From the IMG/VR virus record IMGVR_UViG_3300028610_001991: a stretch of 64,000 nt of DNA. One strand, 5' to 3'. A program made the position numbers and the translations under genes. The DNA is from a virus. The notes beneath the pieces were generated by a model that was not told where the DNA came from, did not search any database, and saw nothing but the letters and a program-made list of their open reading frames with translations. Of the stretch, positions 19,539 to 29,544 are shown piece after piece. Each line of letters opens with the position of its first letter. The first letter of the stretch is position 1.

Positions 19539-21103
19539 GTGAAATTCCAGCTATACCATTAACCCCGGAAAGACTGAATGAGAAGGTACTCCTGGGATCA
19601 TTATTAGTAAATGAAGATATAAGAAATGATTTTGCATTTGATATTTCTCCTGAGGATTTTATTGATCCTGATCATGCGTGTTTTGCTTATGCTATCAGTT
19701 ATGCTCATGGTAATAATATCACAGTGACAACTGATTCTATATTCGAATTATCTACTAAGTATAATAATAAAGTTGAAATAATGTATGACACTTTGTTACA
19801 TTTAGTTAAGATAGGAAATGAACAAAATATAAATGCTACCTCCTTTAAATATTATTTAGAAAGAGTGAGGTGTAGGACATTAGCGGTAGCAGTTAAATTG
19901 GAGTACGGTGATAAGTTTATAGTGTTATTAAAAAATCCGGATGCAAAATATTCTGATATTATTACATCTATTGAGAGTATGCGGGATAAGTTTATCACAT
20001 CTAAGATAGGAAACGACGAAGGTTATAAATCTTTAAAGATGTATGAGGCAGCATGGAGGGCTGAATTTGAAATAAGAAAAAAGGGACGGACTTTTTCTCC
20101 TTCAGGTTATCCTCATCTTGATTACTTTTTAACTGAGGGTTTTGCTATGGGTAAAGTATCTGTAGTCGCAGGACGGCCAGGTAGTGGTAAAAGCTCCTTC
20201 GTTTGTAATATAATGGATCGTATCTCTATTATGTCAACTACTGTAAGTATGAGTAATGTTATAGGAGGACCGCCGATAAGTCCCTTTATTCTTAGTAGGC
20301 CTATTCCTTGTGCTCTATGTGCTTTAGAAATGAATAGTATAGGTACTATAGATAGGTTATTGGCGATAAGAACAAGATTACCTTTAATAGATATTATAAG
20401 AAACCCTAGTTACCTGAATAAGGATGAGCTAAAGACAATTGATACTTTTGTGACTGATTTTGCTGATAATCGTTATTTGTATATAGATGATACTCCTCAG
20501 CAGAATATTGATATACTAGCTCAAAGAATAACTAGATTAAAGAAAAAGATAAATAGTGAAGAGCTGATTGTTTTTGTAGATCTATTCGGTAAATTAGAGG
20601 ATATGAATGAAAATATAGCGACTACTACTGCGGCAGCTTATGAGAGTACCTTAAGAAAGATTCAGATATTAGCTAGGGATCTGAATGTTCATTTTTGTTT
20701 AGTTGCTCAGATTGGTAGAAAAGCAGAGGCAGTGAGGGATAAAGCTAAGAAAAATAAAGTGATAAACAATCGACCTGCTATGCGTCACTTAAAGAACTCT
20801 GGTGCATTTGAGGAAGTAGCAGATCTTATTTTGTTATTATATAGACAAAAATATTATCAACCAGACTTAACTACAGATATTTGTGAGGTAAACATCGCTA
20901 AACAAAGGCAGGGAGTAGGGGGTAAGGTAGTTAACTTATTGTTTGACGGAATAACAACTACACTACATTCAACAAATGAGCGTTTAGTGGAGCAAGAGGC
21001 GCTTAATTTAAATATAGTAACAGAGAGGGATTTTAGTAATGAAGATAAGTATTTATACTATTCAGGATTTGATAGAGAGGAAAAAGAGAAGTTAAATGGC
21101 TAA
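19535..21103 (+). CDS. dnaB: replicative DNA helicase (DnaB family)
   Basis: AGRPGSGKS, LEM, VFVD, AQIGR, LKNSGAFEEVAD, IAKQRQG. Confidence 0.9.
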   Translation: MSEIPAIPLTPERLNEKVLLGSLLVNEDIRNDFAFDISPEDFIDPDHACFAYAISYAHGNNITVTTDSIFELSTKYNNKVEIMYDTLLHLVKIGNEQNINATSFKYYLERVRCRTLAVAVKLEYGDKFIVLLKNPDAKYSDIITSIESMRDKFITSKIGNDEGYKSLKMYEAAWRAEFEIRKKGRTFSPSGYPHLDYFLTEGFAMGKVSVVAGRPGSGKSSFVCNIMDRISIMSTTVSMSNVIGGPPISPFILSRPIPCALCALEMNSIGTIDRLLAIRTRLPLIDIIRNPSYLNKDELKTIDTFVTDFADNRYLYIDDTPQQNIDILAQRITRLKKKINSEELIVFVDLFGKLEDMNENIATTTAAAYESTLRKIQILARDLNVHFCLVAQIGRKAEAVRDKAKKNKVINNRPAMRHLKNSGAFEEVADLILLLYRQKYYQPDLTTDICEVNIAKQRQGVGGKVVNLLFDGITTTLHSTNERLVEQEALNLNIVTERDFSNEDKYLYYSGFDREEKEKLNG

Positions 21104-22067
21104 TGTTCCTTATAGTATTTTAATTAAGTATGTAGATATCGGTGCTGTTATAAATGCTTTAGAGATAGAAGTATCTAAGATTACCGGTAGATCTATTATA
21201 TGTCAGTGTATTATGCCGAAGCATAGAGATTCTACACCATCAATGCATATAGACAAAAAGACTGGTATTTACTATTGTTTTGGATGTAGGGAGAAGGGTA
21301 CTCTACTAAAAGCTATTACCATAGTAAACGGTATGGAATACCCTGAAAATAAACTATATCTGGAAAGTTTTTCTAACATACATAATATTTCGATGAGGGA
21401 TATTATTGACGATATAGATAGAGATAAAGAACCTGATGCTGAGCAATCCGATGTCTTAGTTAAAGGTTACAGGAGAAATTATTCTGCTGAGAGTATAAAT
21501 ACAAAGCCCGTCTACTACCCTATGGGTACTGATTCTTGGTCAGCAGAAGTTTATGAATGGTGCGAGAGGGCGTTAATTAAATATAACATTGTTAAACCAT
21601 ATTTTAATTTAGGGTACTGTAGGGTAGGTAAGTATAAAGATAGAATTATTATCCCTGTATGGTTTAAAGGTAAATTAGTAGATTTCCAAGCAAGAGCTGT
21701 TAATAAAGAGACAGAGCCTAAAGATTTGTTTATATATGGTATACCTGTGGGTGTATTTCTATTTAATTATGATAATATTAATTGGGATTATGCTGTATGT
21801 ATCGTAGAGGGGGCTGTTGATGTATTGCGTTTATGGCCTTACTCTACTAACTGTGTTGCTGCTTTAGGATCTTATCTGTGTGAACCTCAGGCAGAGTTAT
21901 TAAAGAGAAGTAAAAGTCTGATTACCTTACCTGATAATGATATGGGCGGTCTCAGCTTATTGAATTCTATTAAATCTCAGCTGAACGGTATGGAACTATG
22001 GCTTAGGTATTTTGATAAGAAAGACATACCAAATTTATTAAAAAAGGTGGTGAAGGTAAATGGATAA
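21096..22067 (+). CDS. DNA primase (CHC2 Zn finger + TOPRIM)
   Basis: CIMPKHRD...YYCFGC, IVEGAVD, PDND. Confidence 0.88.
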   Translation: MANVPYSILIKYVDIGAVINALEIEVSKITGRSIICQCIMPKHRDSTPSMHIDKKTGIYYCFGCREKGTLLKAITIVNGMEYPENKLYLESFSNIHNISMRDIIDDIDRDKEPDAEQSDVLVKGYRRNYSAESINTKPVYYPMGTDSWSAEVYEWCERALIKYNIVKPYFNLGYCRVGKYKDRIIIPVWFKGKLVDFQARAVNKETEPKDLFIYGIPVGVFLFNYDNINWDYAVCIVEGAVDVLRLWPYSTNCVAALGSYLCEPQAELLKRSKSLITLPDNDMGGLSLLNSIKSQLNGMELWLRYFDKKDIPNLLKKVVKVNG

Positions 22068-22437
22068 TCTAGTTTTAAACCCGTGGATATATAAAGCAAC
22101 ATATATATCAAACTACGATGGTGATACCATTCGATTTTTAAGAGATTGTGGCTGCAATGTTTTCCACACTGTTACTGTAAGGCTGTGGGGGATTGATACT
22201 CCCGAGTTAAGAAGTAAGGATATTATTGAAAAAGAAAAAGCGTATGAAGCTCGTGATGTAGTTAAAAAGATACTTACTGAAGCTAACTGTATCTATATTG
22301 AAACTATAAAGGGTAAAAAGGGTAAATACGGTAGATACATAGCGAACATATGGTACGCAGAGAAAAAGCTTGGTGAGTTATTTTGTTTAAATGAAGAGCT
22401 AGTTAATAGAGGCTTAGCTGTATACAGGGAGTACTGA
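22060..22437 (+). CDS. thermonuclease (SNase-like)
   Basis: YDGDTI, VRLWGIDTPE, GKYGRYIA, LVNRGLA. Confidence 0.9.
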   Translation: MDNLVLNPWIYKATYISNYDGDTIRFLRDCGCNVFHTVTVRLWGIDTPELRSKDIIEKEKAYEARDVVKKILTEANCIYIETIKGKKGKYGRYIANIWYAEKKLGELFCLNEELVNRGLAVYREY

Positions 22438-25400
22438 TGGAAGAAAAGACATTATGTTTTGGCTGTGATCGTTCAAAAAATAGATATTGTAAGATGGATG
22501 CTGTTACTCATTATGATAAACAGGACGGGGTAATGCTTATAGGCTCTTTCCCGGACGAGAGTGCAGCTATTAATAATACCCATTTTTACCAAGAATACCG
22601 TATGTTATTAGATAATATTTTACTAGAGGAAAAAGCGGGTATAGATCATTATAAGGTAATCTATACTTATGCCTGTAAGTGTAGGTTAAAAGGATATGAT
22701 AAAGGTCCGTCTCTTAGTCAGCTTAGGTTGTGTAGACAGCGTACATGGGAAGAAATAAAAAAGTATAAGCCTAAGTTGGTTATAGCTATGGGTAAAGAAG
22801 CAATGGCCCTTTTCAAGAATACTGATCAGGGAATTATGCTTATTAGAGGAACAGGTGAAACTTATAGTGATGATATTATAAGTGGTGTTACAGTATGCTA
22901 TACATCAGGATTAAATATTTTCGATGTAAAAAAATCTAGTGCCGGTAAGTCAGAGGACTGGAAAAGGGACGAAAGGAATTTAATGTATAGCGATTTTGAG
23001 TGGATAGGTAAAGTGTATAAGGAACCTATATACTTACACCCACAACAGGCTTTGAATTTTAAGACAAATTATGTTGTTTTAAAAAACGATGATACCTTAG
23101 AGAAATACAAAGAGGCATTAGATAAGATTGAGAATGATAATCGGGGGATAATATCCTATGACGTAGAGACTAGATCGCTAATCGATATAACAATTTTATG
23201 TTTATCTATAACATTAATACCAGGGGAGGCGTATGTATTTCCTTTGTTAAAAGAAAGGGTGGTTAACCAAGTTAAGGTTGACATGTATAATAAAAGCATA
23301 AAAATGGATAGCAATGGAAAAAAGCCATTAATAGATGATAAGGGTAAGGTACTAACTACTTTGAAAAAGAAGAACGGAGGTATAAGTGTACGTGGGTATA
23401 CCTATGCCGCATTACCGGATTATTTCGGAGAAGAGTACATAATTGAAAATAAGAAGGTAAGGAAATATGTATGTGATAGGTTAAAGAAAATACTAACCAA
23501 CCCTAATATAAAGAAAGTAACTCAGAATGGAATTTTTGACATTCATGCTGTAAGGCATACTTTCGGTATAGATGTTCAGGGGTGGTCTGACGATACAATG
23601 CTAATGTACAGTATGATCGATGAAGAAAGTATTAGGGGTTTAAAAGCTATGGCAGATATGTATATTCCGAGATTAAGAGGCTATGACCACACCCTATCAA
23701 GTTATATTAAAAAGAATAAGATAAAGGACCGTATAGAGTTACCTTATACCACTATGCAAGGTCCCTACAACGCTATGGATACTGACGCAACGCTTTCTTT
23801 ATACTGGCAGTTTAAGAGTATTATAATCGATAGAGACCCTAAAGATTGGGATTTTTATAAAAGATATGCTATGCGGTTACAGTTAATTATGTACGGTGTT
23901 GAAAAGAGAGGTGTTTATCTAGATTATAAATTTATTAAAAGTAAAAAAGAAGAACTTACACAGAAGATGAAAGATATGGCTATACCTATAATTGACTTTG
24001 TTTCTGGATCAGGCATTAAACGTTTTAAAGGCTTGACATATGATAACATTGATTTGGTAACAGGTAGGATGGATAAGCGTACAAAAGAATGCCCGGCTGG
24101 TTTTAAGGTAGAAGGTAACACAGATGTGAGTGATGTTTTAATAGCTGTAGGTGTTTGCTTAAAAGATAAAACTCCGAAAGGTACATATAAGCAGTCTGGA
24201 GATGCATTGAAGCAATTTTTAGATCATAAAGTTGCGGGTAAGTTTATTCAGGACGTTATAGGTTATAGAGAAATAAGTAAAAAGAATGCTTTCCTTATTG
24301 ATTATGCTAAGAAATTAAAAGGGAAGGATAGACTCTATGCTAGATTTACTGTTCATGGTGCTAAGACTGGACGTTTTTCGGTCAAGGAGCCGAACCTGCA
24401 GCAGATACCCAGGGACGGTGATGTTAAAAATGTAATAGTGGCCCCAAAAGGATATCATTTAGTTCAGGTAGATTTATCTCAAGCAGAGTTACGTATACTA
24501 GCACACTATGCCGATGAAATTTCAATGAAGCAGGTTTTTAAAGGGTTTACTGCTACATGTAGTGGAGCTAAGGATGGTTATGTTTTTATAAAAGATAAAA
24601 CAGCAGGAGACATGAATTTCTTTTTTGCTATTAAAAACCTTAGGGACGGGGAATATTATTGTTTTGACTCATTTAAAGATAGGCCTGATCTTATTCATGT
24701 CTTAGGGAGGATGTTACTAGAGAAAAGCGGCGATAAAGATTTTAAAATAGCGTCTGATAACGTAGAAAATAAACAGTGGATACACCCCCTAACCCCAGAT
24801 GAAGTTAATAAAGTGTTTTTACCCGGTGATAGTCTAGATACCGGTTCAGGCGATATACATATGTTTATAGCATCACAAATAAATAATAAGGTTATATGGA
24901 AAGTAATTAAAGAGGAAAGATATGATGCTAAGGCAACAAGTTTTGGGATACCTTACGGTACTACAGAAGTAGGATTAGCTTATAGACTCAATAAGTCTAT
25001 AGAAGAAGCGAAAATGTTAATAGCTCTTGTTTTTGGTAAATTTCCAAAAATAAAACAGTATATTGATGATACTATAACAGCGGCTCAACTAACAGCTAGG
25101 CATAACGGGGGTATAGGTATAGTTAAGACTGAGTTAGGTAGAAAAAGACATCTTTTAGATATAGTAGATAGAAATCCTAGGAGAAGAGCGCAGGCTAGAA
25201 GACAGGCGGTAAATTTTAGGATACAAGGTACCTGCCACGACTTAATGGTAAATCACACAATAAGGGTAGATGAGGAGCTAAAGAAACGTAAATCTGGCGC
25301 TTACATTGTTAATCAGGTACATGATAGTTTACTATTTTATTGTCCTAAAAAAGAAACAAAGGGTTTTATATCGTGGATAAAACCAATTATGGAGATACAG

Positions 25401-25481
25401 TATTTAAACTCAGATGTTGATTTTCCTGTTGATATAGAGGTGTATGAGAGGTGTTGGGGCGGAAAAAAAGTAAATATATAA
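22437..25481 (+). CDS. family A DNA polymerase with N-terminal degenerate family-4 UDG-like domain and 3'-5' exonuclease
   Basis: Exo motifs YDVET, QNGIFD, YNAMD; polymerase motifs DLSQAELR, RYDAKATSFGIPYG, QVHDS. Confidence 0.93.
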   Translation: MEEKTLCFGCDRSKNRYCKMDAVTHYDKQDGVMLIGSFPDESAAINNTHFYQEYRMLLDNILLEEKAGIDHYKVIYTYACKCRLKGYDKGPSLSQLRLCRQRTWEEIKKYKPKLVIAMGKEAMALFKNTDQGIMLIRGTGETYSDDIISGVTVCYTSGLNIFDVKKSSAGKSEDWKRDERNLMYSDFEWIGKVYKEPIYLHPQQALNFKTNYVVLKNDDTLEKYKEALDKIENDNRGIISYDVETRSLIDITILCLSITLIPGEAYVFPLLKERVVNQVKVDMYNKSIKMDSNGKKPLIDDKGKVLTTLKKKNGGISVRGYTYAALPDYFGEEYIIENKKVRKYVCDRLKKILTNPNIKKVTQNGIFDIHAVRHTFGIDVQGWSDDTMLMYSMIDEESIRGLKAMADMYIPRLRGYDHTLSSYIKKNKIKDRIELPYTTMQGPYNAMDTDATLSLYWQFKSIIIDRDPKDWDFYKRYAMRLQLIMYGVEKRGVYLDYKFIKSKKEELTQKMKDMAIPIIDFVSGSGIKRFKGLTYDNIDLVTGRMDKRTKECPAGFKVEGNTDVSDVLIAVGVCLKDKTPKGTYKQSGDALKQFLDHKVAGKFIQDVIGYREISKKNAFLIDYAKKLKGKDRLYARFTVHGAKTGRFSVKEPNLQQIPRDGDVKNVIVAPKGYHLVQVDLSQAELRILAHYADEISMKQVFKGFTATCSGAKDGYVFIKDKTAGDMNFFFAIKNLRDGEYYCFDSFKDRPDLIHVLGRMLLEKSGDKDFKIASDNVENKQWIHPLTPDEVNKVFLPGDSLDTGSGDIHMFIASQINNKVIWKVIKEERYDAKATSFGIPYGTTEVGLAYRLNKSIEEAKMLIALVFGKFPKIKQYIDDTITAAQLTARHNGGIGIVKTELGRKRHLLDIVDRNPRRRAQARRQAVNFRIQGTCHDLMVNHTIRVDEELKKRKSGAYIVNQVHDSLLFYCPKKETKGFISWIKPIMEIQYLNSDVDFPVDIEVYERCWGGKKVNI

Positions 25482-25528
25482 AAAAGTACTTAACTTTTTT
25501 TACAAAATGAGGATATATAGTAATAGAG
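25480..25528 (+). promoter_or_regulatory. 49-bp repeated regulatory element, copy 2
   Basis: 48/49 identical to 13959-14007; sits upstream of the SSB/RecA operon. Confidence 0.75.
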
Positions 25529-25879
25529 GTGGCAAAGATGAAAACAGAAGATTACTTTAAACCCATGTGTTTTTTAGAGAAACAGAATAGGGTGGCTTTA
25601 ACTCTAATCTCAACAAATAATTACACTAAGCAGGCACAAGATATTTTAAACAGAAAAGGCGTGGTTAAAATATTGGATCTATATAATAAAAACATTAGAG
25701 ATCAGATGCGGGTTGCTTTTTTAAAATACTATAGAAAAATAGACTATATTAGTAAATATAAAATACTTGATAAAGATACAATGCTTGTAGAAGTAGCAAC
25801 AACTTCTAAGGATAATAAAAAACAAACGCATCAGTATTATATAAGAGCTGTTAAAGTGTCAAAGGATTTTAAAATTTAA
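25529..25879 (+). CDS. hypothetical protein
   Basis: ORF directly after the repeated element. Confidence 0.55.
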   Translation: MAKMKTEDYFKPMCFLEKQNRVALTLISTNNYTKQAQDILNRKGVVKILDLYNKNIRDQMRVAFLKYYRKIDYISKYKILDKDTMLVEVATTSKDNKKQTHQYYIRAVKVSKDFKI

Positions 25880-25909
25880 AGATACTAATTTTATAAAAAA
25901 GGAGGAATA

Positions 25910-26500
25910 ATGGAAGAAAAAACAGTGAAAGAGATAATTGCAGAGGTTGATGAGTCTATAGAAGGTTATATTAAGTACCTCAAGGAAAAGCATGAAGAGT
26001 TTGAAACAAAGTTTAATGTGTTAAAGGAGATCAAAAGTCAAGTAGGAACTAATCAGATTAAGACAATTAATCCTGATCGCCTTATTTTAGTCTGTGCTGA
26101 TTATCCTAACATAGCGGACTGGTTTTTAACTGAGTACGGTATAGTTACAAAAAGATTAACAGAGATGGAAGAAGTTTATGTTAAATGGTATGGCCCCAGA
26201 GCTAACTACGCTGAAACAGAAATGCAGAAAAATAAAGAGCATATAACACAGGCTACCATAAAAACTAAAGTTTCAATACTGTATGCTACTGAGTACAAAG
26301 ATTGGCAGAATGAGTTATTAAAAATGAAGGTTGATAAAGAAATGTTAAAAGAGAGACTTAAAATAATTCATGATGCGCGATACTCTTTAAATACGCTGTC
26401 CATCCTGCGTCCTATATGGGATGTGGCTACCAGAGGTGATGCTCCCGTTGACGCTAATATGATAGACGCAGCAGACAATGAAATGAAAAACAATAAATAA
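25910..26500 (+). CDS. coiled-coil protein, possible UvsY-like recombination mediator
   Basis: Helical charged sequence, GGAGG RBS, position before SSB and RecA (function inferred). Confidence 0.45.
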   Translation: MEEKTVKEIIAEVDESIEGYIKYLKEKHEEFETKFNVLKEIKSQVGTNQIKTINPDRLILVCADYPNIADWFLTEYGIVTKRLTEMEEVYVKWYGPRANYAETEMQKNKEHITQATIKTKVSILYATEYKDWQNELLKMKVDKEMLKERLKIIHDARYSLNTLSILRPIWDVATRGDAPVDANMIDAADNEMKNNK

Positions 26501-26519
26501 AATAATTAGGAGGATTTTA

Positions 26520-28103
26520 ATGAAAACAGTAAATGGTTTTACTTATGAACAACTAAAACTTGCAGGATGGACTGACGAAGTAATAAAAGGACATCCTGTG
26601 TACAAAGCTTTTTTTGAACCTGAATCAGCTCCACAGGCATCTGATGCGACACCTCAGGTTGTAAAAGGGGATGACAGATCCACTTTGAGTAAAGGAATGC
26701 ATTCGTCGGATGATATGCAGGGAGATGCCTCTAATGTTCAATTTGGCGGTCCAAAGTTTGAATCTTGTGTAGTAGAGGCTAATAACCAGAAAACAATGAG
26801 ATTTAAAGGTCCTTACACCAGATCAAGAAAACATTGGATAGTGTGTGATGATGGAACAACTAGGCCTTTTAATTGTGGTTACGTTGAAGATGGAGGAAGA
26901 TGTATAGTAGAGGATGTTACGGATCCTCTGATTGGCGAAGATTCTTATGAGTTAAAGGCTGATCCTAATGTTCATGTATTACCCGGACAGAGACCGGCAA
27001 AGAAAAGACATTACAAATGGAAAGAATATAACCCTACCCTTTTAGCAGAATTACTAGGAGAGGGCGCAGCTAATGCAAATTCATGGTATTCCAGGGAAAT
27101 GTTTCTTTTTAATACAATTGATAGGGATTCTGTATGGTGTCAAAAAAATAAACATACAAAAATACTTTGTAAATCAGATAAAACAATAGGGATAGGCTCA
27201 ACTCTTTTTATTGAGATAAATAACCAAGCCAACGTGCATGGTAAGTATTTTACTTTTGATTATGTTATTGGTAAACAGGGTAGCGGTAGAAATACTAAGT
27301 ATTCTGCTACAGTTGCTCCGGGAGAGAATGCCAAGAATGCTTTAACACCAGAGGAAGCGGCATATGAAACATACGATTTATCTTCTTTTATAATACCTGC
27401 TGCTGAAAAATATATACTAGAGAATCTGGCGCAAAAGTTTAAACTGGTAATAGACTTTTGTAGAAAGATGAAGATTATTACCCAAAAACAAATAGAGGTA
27501 GAGAAAAGATTATACGCAGAAGGTTATCTTACAGATGACGGTTTAACAACGGCTAATTATACCCCACCGAGCCCTGCTCCCACGGATACACCTGTATCAC
27601 CTGCACCTGCACCTGCACCTGCAGCAGAAGTAGTAACAGAGACACCGCCTCAGCTTGTTAATACAGCTTCAGATGCTTCGCCTGTACTACCATATGCCCC
27701 GCCTGTACCACCAGAGGCTCCACCTGCACCACCAGCTGCTCCAGTTGCTTCATCTGCTCCAGTTGCTTCATCTGCTCCGCCTGCACCACCAGCTGCTCCG
27801 CCTGCACCACCAGATGCTCCGCCTGCACCATCAGAGACTCCACCTGTTGCTCCAGTTGCTTCAGCTGCTCCGCCTGTGCCTCCAGATGCTCCATCTGCAC
27901 CACCTGTACTGCCAGCCCCAGAAAAAACTGCTGCTGCACCGCCACCTCCTTCTGCTCATGTATCATCGGCTTTACCAGTAGCAGAAGAGCTTCCTATAGA
28001 TGTATCTGAACCGCCGGGAGTTCAATGTCCTTCATGTAGAACAGTTAGTGGATTAAATGAGACGGCGTGTAAGAACTGTGGAGGAAAACTAACACCATTT
28101 TAA
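26520..28103 (+). CDS. gp32-like single-stranded DNA-binding protein with Pro/Ala-rich tail and terminal Zn ribbon
   Basis: KHWIVC...C...C core, GSGRNTKY, long PAPP tail, CPSC...CKNC; replication/recombination context. Confidence 0.7.
   Translation: MKTVNGFTYEQLKLAGWTDEVIKGHPVYKAFFEPESAPQASDATPQVVKGDDRSTLSKGMHSSDDMQGDASNVQFGGPKFESCVVEANNQKTMRFKGPYTRSRKHWIVCDDGTTRPFNCGYVEDGGRCIVEDVTDPLIGEDSYELKADPNVHVLPGQRPAKKRHYKWKEYNPTLLAELLGEGAANANSWYSREMFLFNTIDRDSVWCQKNKHTKILCKSDKTIGIGSTLFIEINNQANVHGKYFTFDYVIGKQGSGRNTKYSATVAPGENAKNALTPEEAAYETYDLSSFIIPAAEKYILENLAQKFKLVIDFCRKMKIITQKQIEVEKRLYAEGYLTDDGLTTANYTPPSPAPTDTPVSPAPAPAPAAEVVTETPPQLVNTASDASPVLPYAPPVPPEAPPAPPAAPVASSAPVASSAPPAPPAAPPAPPDAPPAPSETPPVAPVASAAPPVPPDAPSAPPVLPAPEKTAAAPPPPSAHVSSALPVAEELPIDVSEPPGVQCPSCRTVSGLNETACKNCGGKLTPF
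27550..27990 (+). repeat. imperfect coding tandem repeats (Pro/Ala)
   Basis: Repeated CCTGCACC / GCTCCAGTTGCTTCATCT units encoding PAPP and APVASS. Confidence 0.85.
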
Positions 28104-28119
28104 TAAAGGGTAAAAAAAA

Positions 28120-29544
28120 ATGAGTAAGAAAGATAATTCAATTCCTTCCCTAATAGATTTTATGACAAAATCTATAGGGAAGAGCGAATATATATTTAAA
28201 CTAAGCGAGATAAAGGAGCGGGATTATGTAGGCTGTCTCGTTCCTTCTCCCCAGTTTGAGCATGTTCTTGAAAGTAGTAAGGGCTTAATTCCTTATGGGA
28301 GTATAGTGGAATTTATAGGATGGGAGTCTGTAGGGAAGACAACATGGGCATGGCAGATTTTAGCATCTGAGCTATTATATGATCTTAGGTCTATAGGACA
28401 TTATAACGATGTTGAAAGGTCTGGTCAGGGATATCAGATGGCTGAAGTTTTTAATGTAGATAACAATAGGTGTTGGATAAGTCAGCCTAATAGTGCAAAA
28501 GAAGCACTAAACAGCACTACAGCTTTTTTATTAAAGATGAAAAGTTTTAGGGAACAGCCGGGAGTTATAAATTTACCTGAAAAAGATAAACCGCATTGTG
28601 TTTGTATACTGGATTCAGTTGCAGCTTTAAACCCAACAGTTTTAATAGCAGGGGATGAAAAGGAAGAGAAGAAATCAAAACAGAAAGCTCTTTTAGCTAG
28701 TATGATGAGTGAGTACTGTAAAGGGATTACATCATTAGTAGTTAATGCAGGAGCTATACTAATCTTTATAAACCAGTGGAGACATGCTTTTGATTTTAAA
28801 AGATCGTGGAATGAGCCTTGTGGAGGTACAGCTCTGCGTTTTACTTATGACCTTAGATTTAGCATCATAAAATTATCTGTTGAAAAAGTAGGGGATGAAG
28901 AAGTTGGTTTAAAATGCCTTATAAAAAATATTAAACATAAATTTGGAACATCTAACAGAAAAGCAGAAGTTGTATTTGGGTGGGGTAACGGTCCTTATGA
29001 TTTAGGTATGGATTTGTTTTATGATTTACATATTATATCAGAAAAAAAAGGATTTAGATTTCAGCCTAAAGGTAATACGTGGTCAACTATATTTATAAAT
29101 GAAAAGGGTAGTGTAGCCTGTACCTCAGATTTAGAACCTGAGTTATTAAAGACACTAGCTGATACAAAAAATAAAATAAAAAGAAATGATACGCTGAAAG
29201 AGTTAAAGTTAACGGATATCAGATTTCAAGGCATAAGCGGATTGAAAAAAAAGTTACTTAAGGATAAAAAGTTACTTGATGAGTTAATAGATGCATGTGA
29301 GCTTAAAAGGTATAAAGCTTTATTTCATGACAGGTATAAGGCAATGAAAAAAAGACAAGAGGAGCTTAGTATAATAGAAGAAGAAGATATTACACATGAA
29401 GTTGATATTGAAAAAGATGAGAGTGGTGGTAAGATTAAGCAGATAGATGATGGAGGGTATACCTCTCCATTAGATGAAGCGCATAAACGTATGACGGAAG
29501 ATGTGGCGGCTTTAAAAGGGAAAGAAAATGGAACTCAAGTTTAA
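28120..29544 (+). CDS. recA: RecA/UvsX-like recombinase
   Basis: VEFIGWESVGKTT, ILDSVAAL, IFINQ, GGTALRF. Confidence 0.85.
   Translation: MSKKDNSIPSLIDFMTKSIGKSEYIFKLSEIKERDYVGCLVPSPQFEHVLESSKGLIPYGSIVEFIGWESVGKTTWAWQILASELLYDLRSIGHYNDVERSGQGYQMAEVFNVDNNRCWISQPNSAKEALNSTTAFLLKMKSFREQPGVINLPEKDKPHCVCILDSVAALNPTVLIAGDEKEEKKSKQKALLASMMSEYCKGITSLVVNAGAILIFINQWRHAFDFKRSWNEPCGGTALRFTYDLRFSIIKLSVEKVGDEEVGLKCLIKNIKHKFGTSNRKAEVVFGWGNGPYDLGMDLFYDLHIISEKKGFRFQPKGNTWSTIFINEKGSVACTSDLEPELLKTLADTKNKIKRNDTLKELKLTDIRFQGISGLKKKLLKDKKLLDELIDACELKRYKALFHDRYKAMKKRQEELSIIEEEDITHEVDIEKDESGGKIKQIDDGGYTSPLDEAHKRMTEDVAALKGKENGTQV

Noticed and set aside
19535-21103. About 25-aa hydrophobic insertion after the DnaB Walker A as an intein remnant
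   Set aside because: No intein motifs; ordinary loop variation is the simpler explanation.
24546-24845. Polymerase insertion as a third intein
   Set aside because: No Cys/Ser start at the junction with Hint blocks, no terminal (H)N followed by C/S/T.
27655-27981. Overlapping ORFs 27655+ and 27658-
   Set aside because: Shadow frames produced by the Pro/Ala repeats of the SSB gene.
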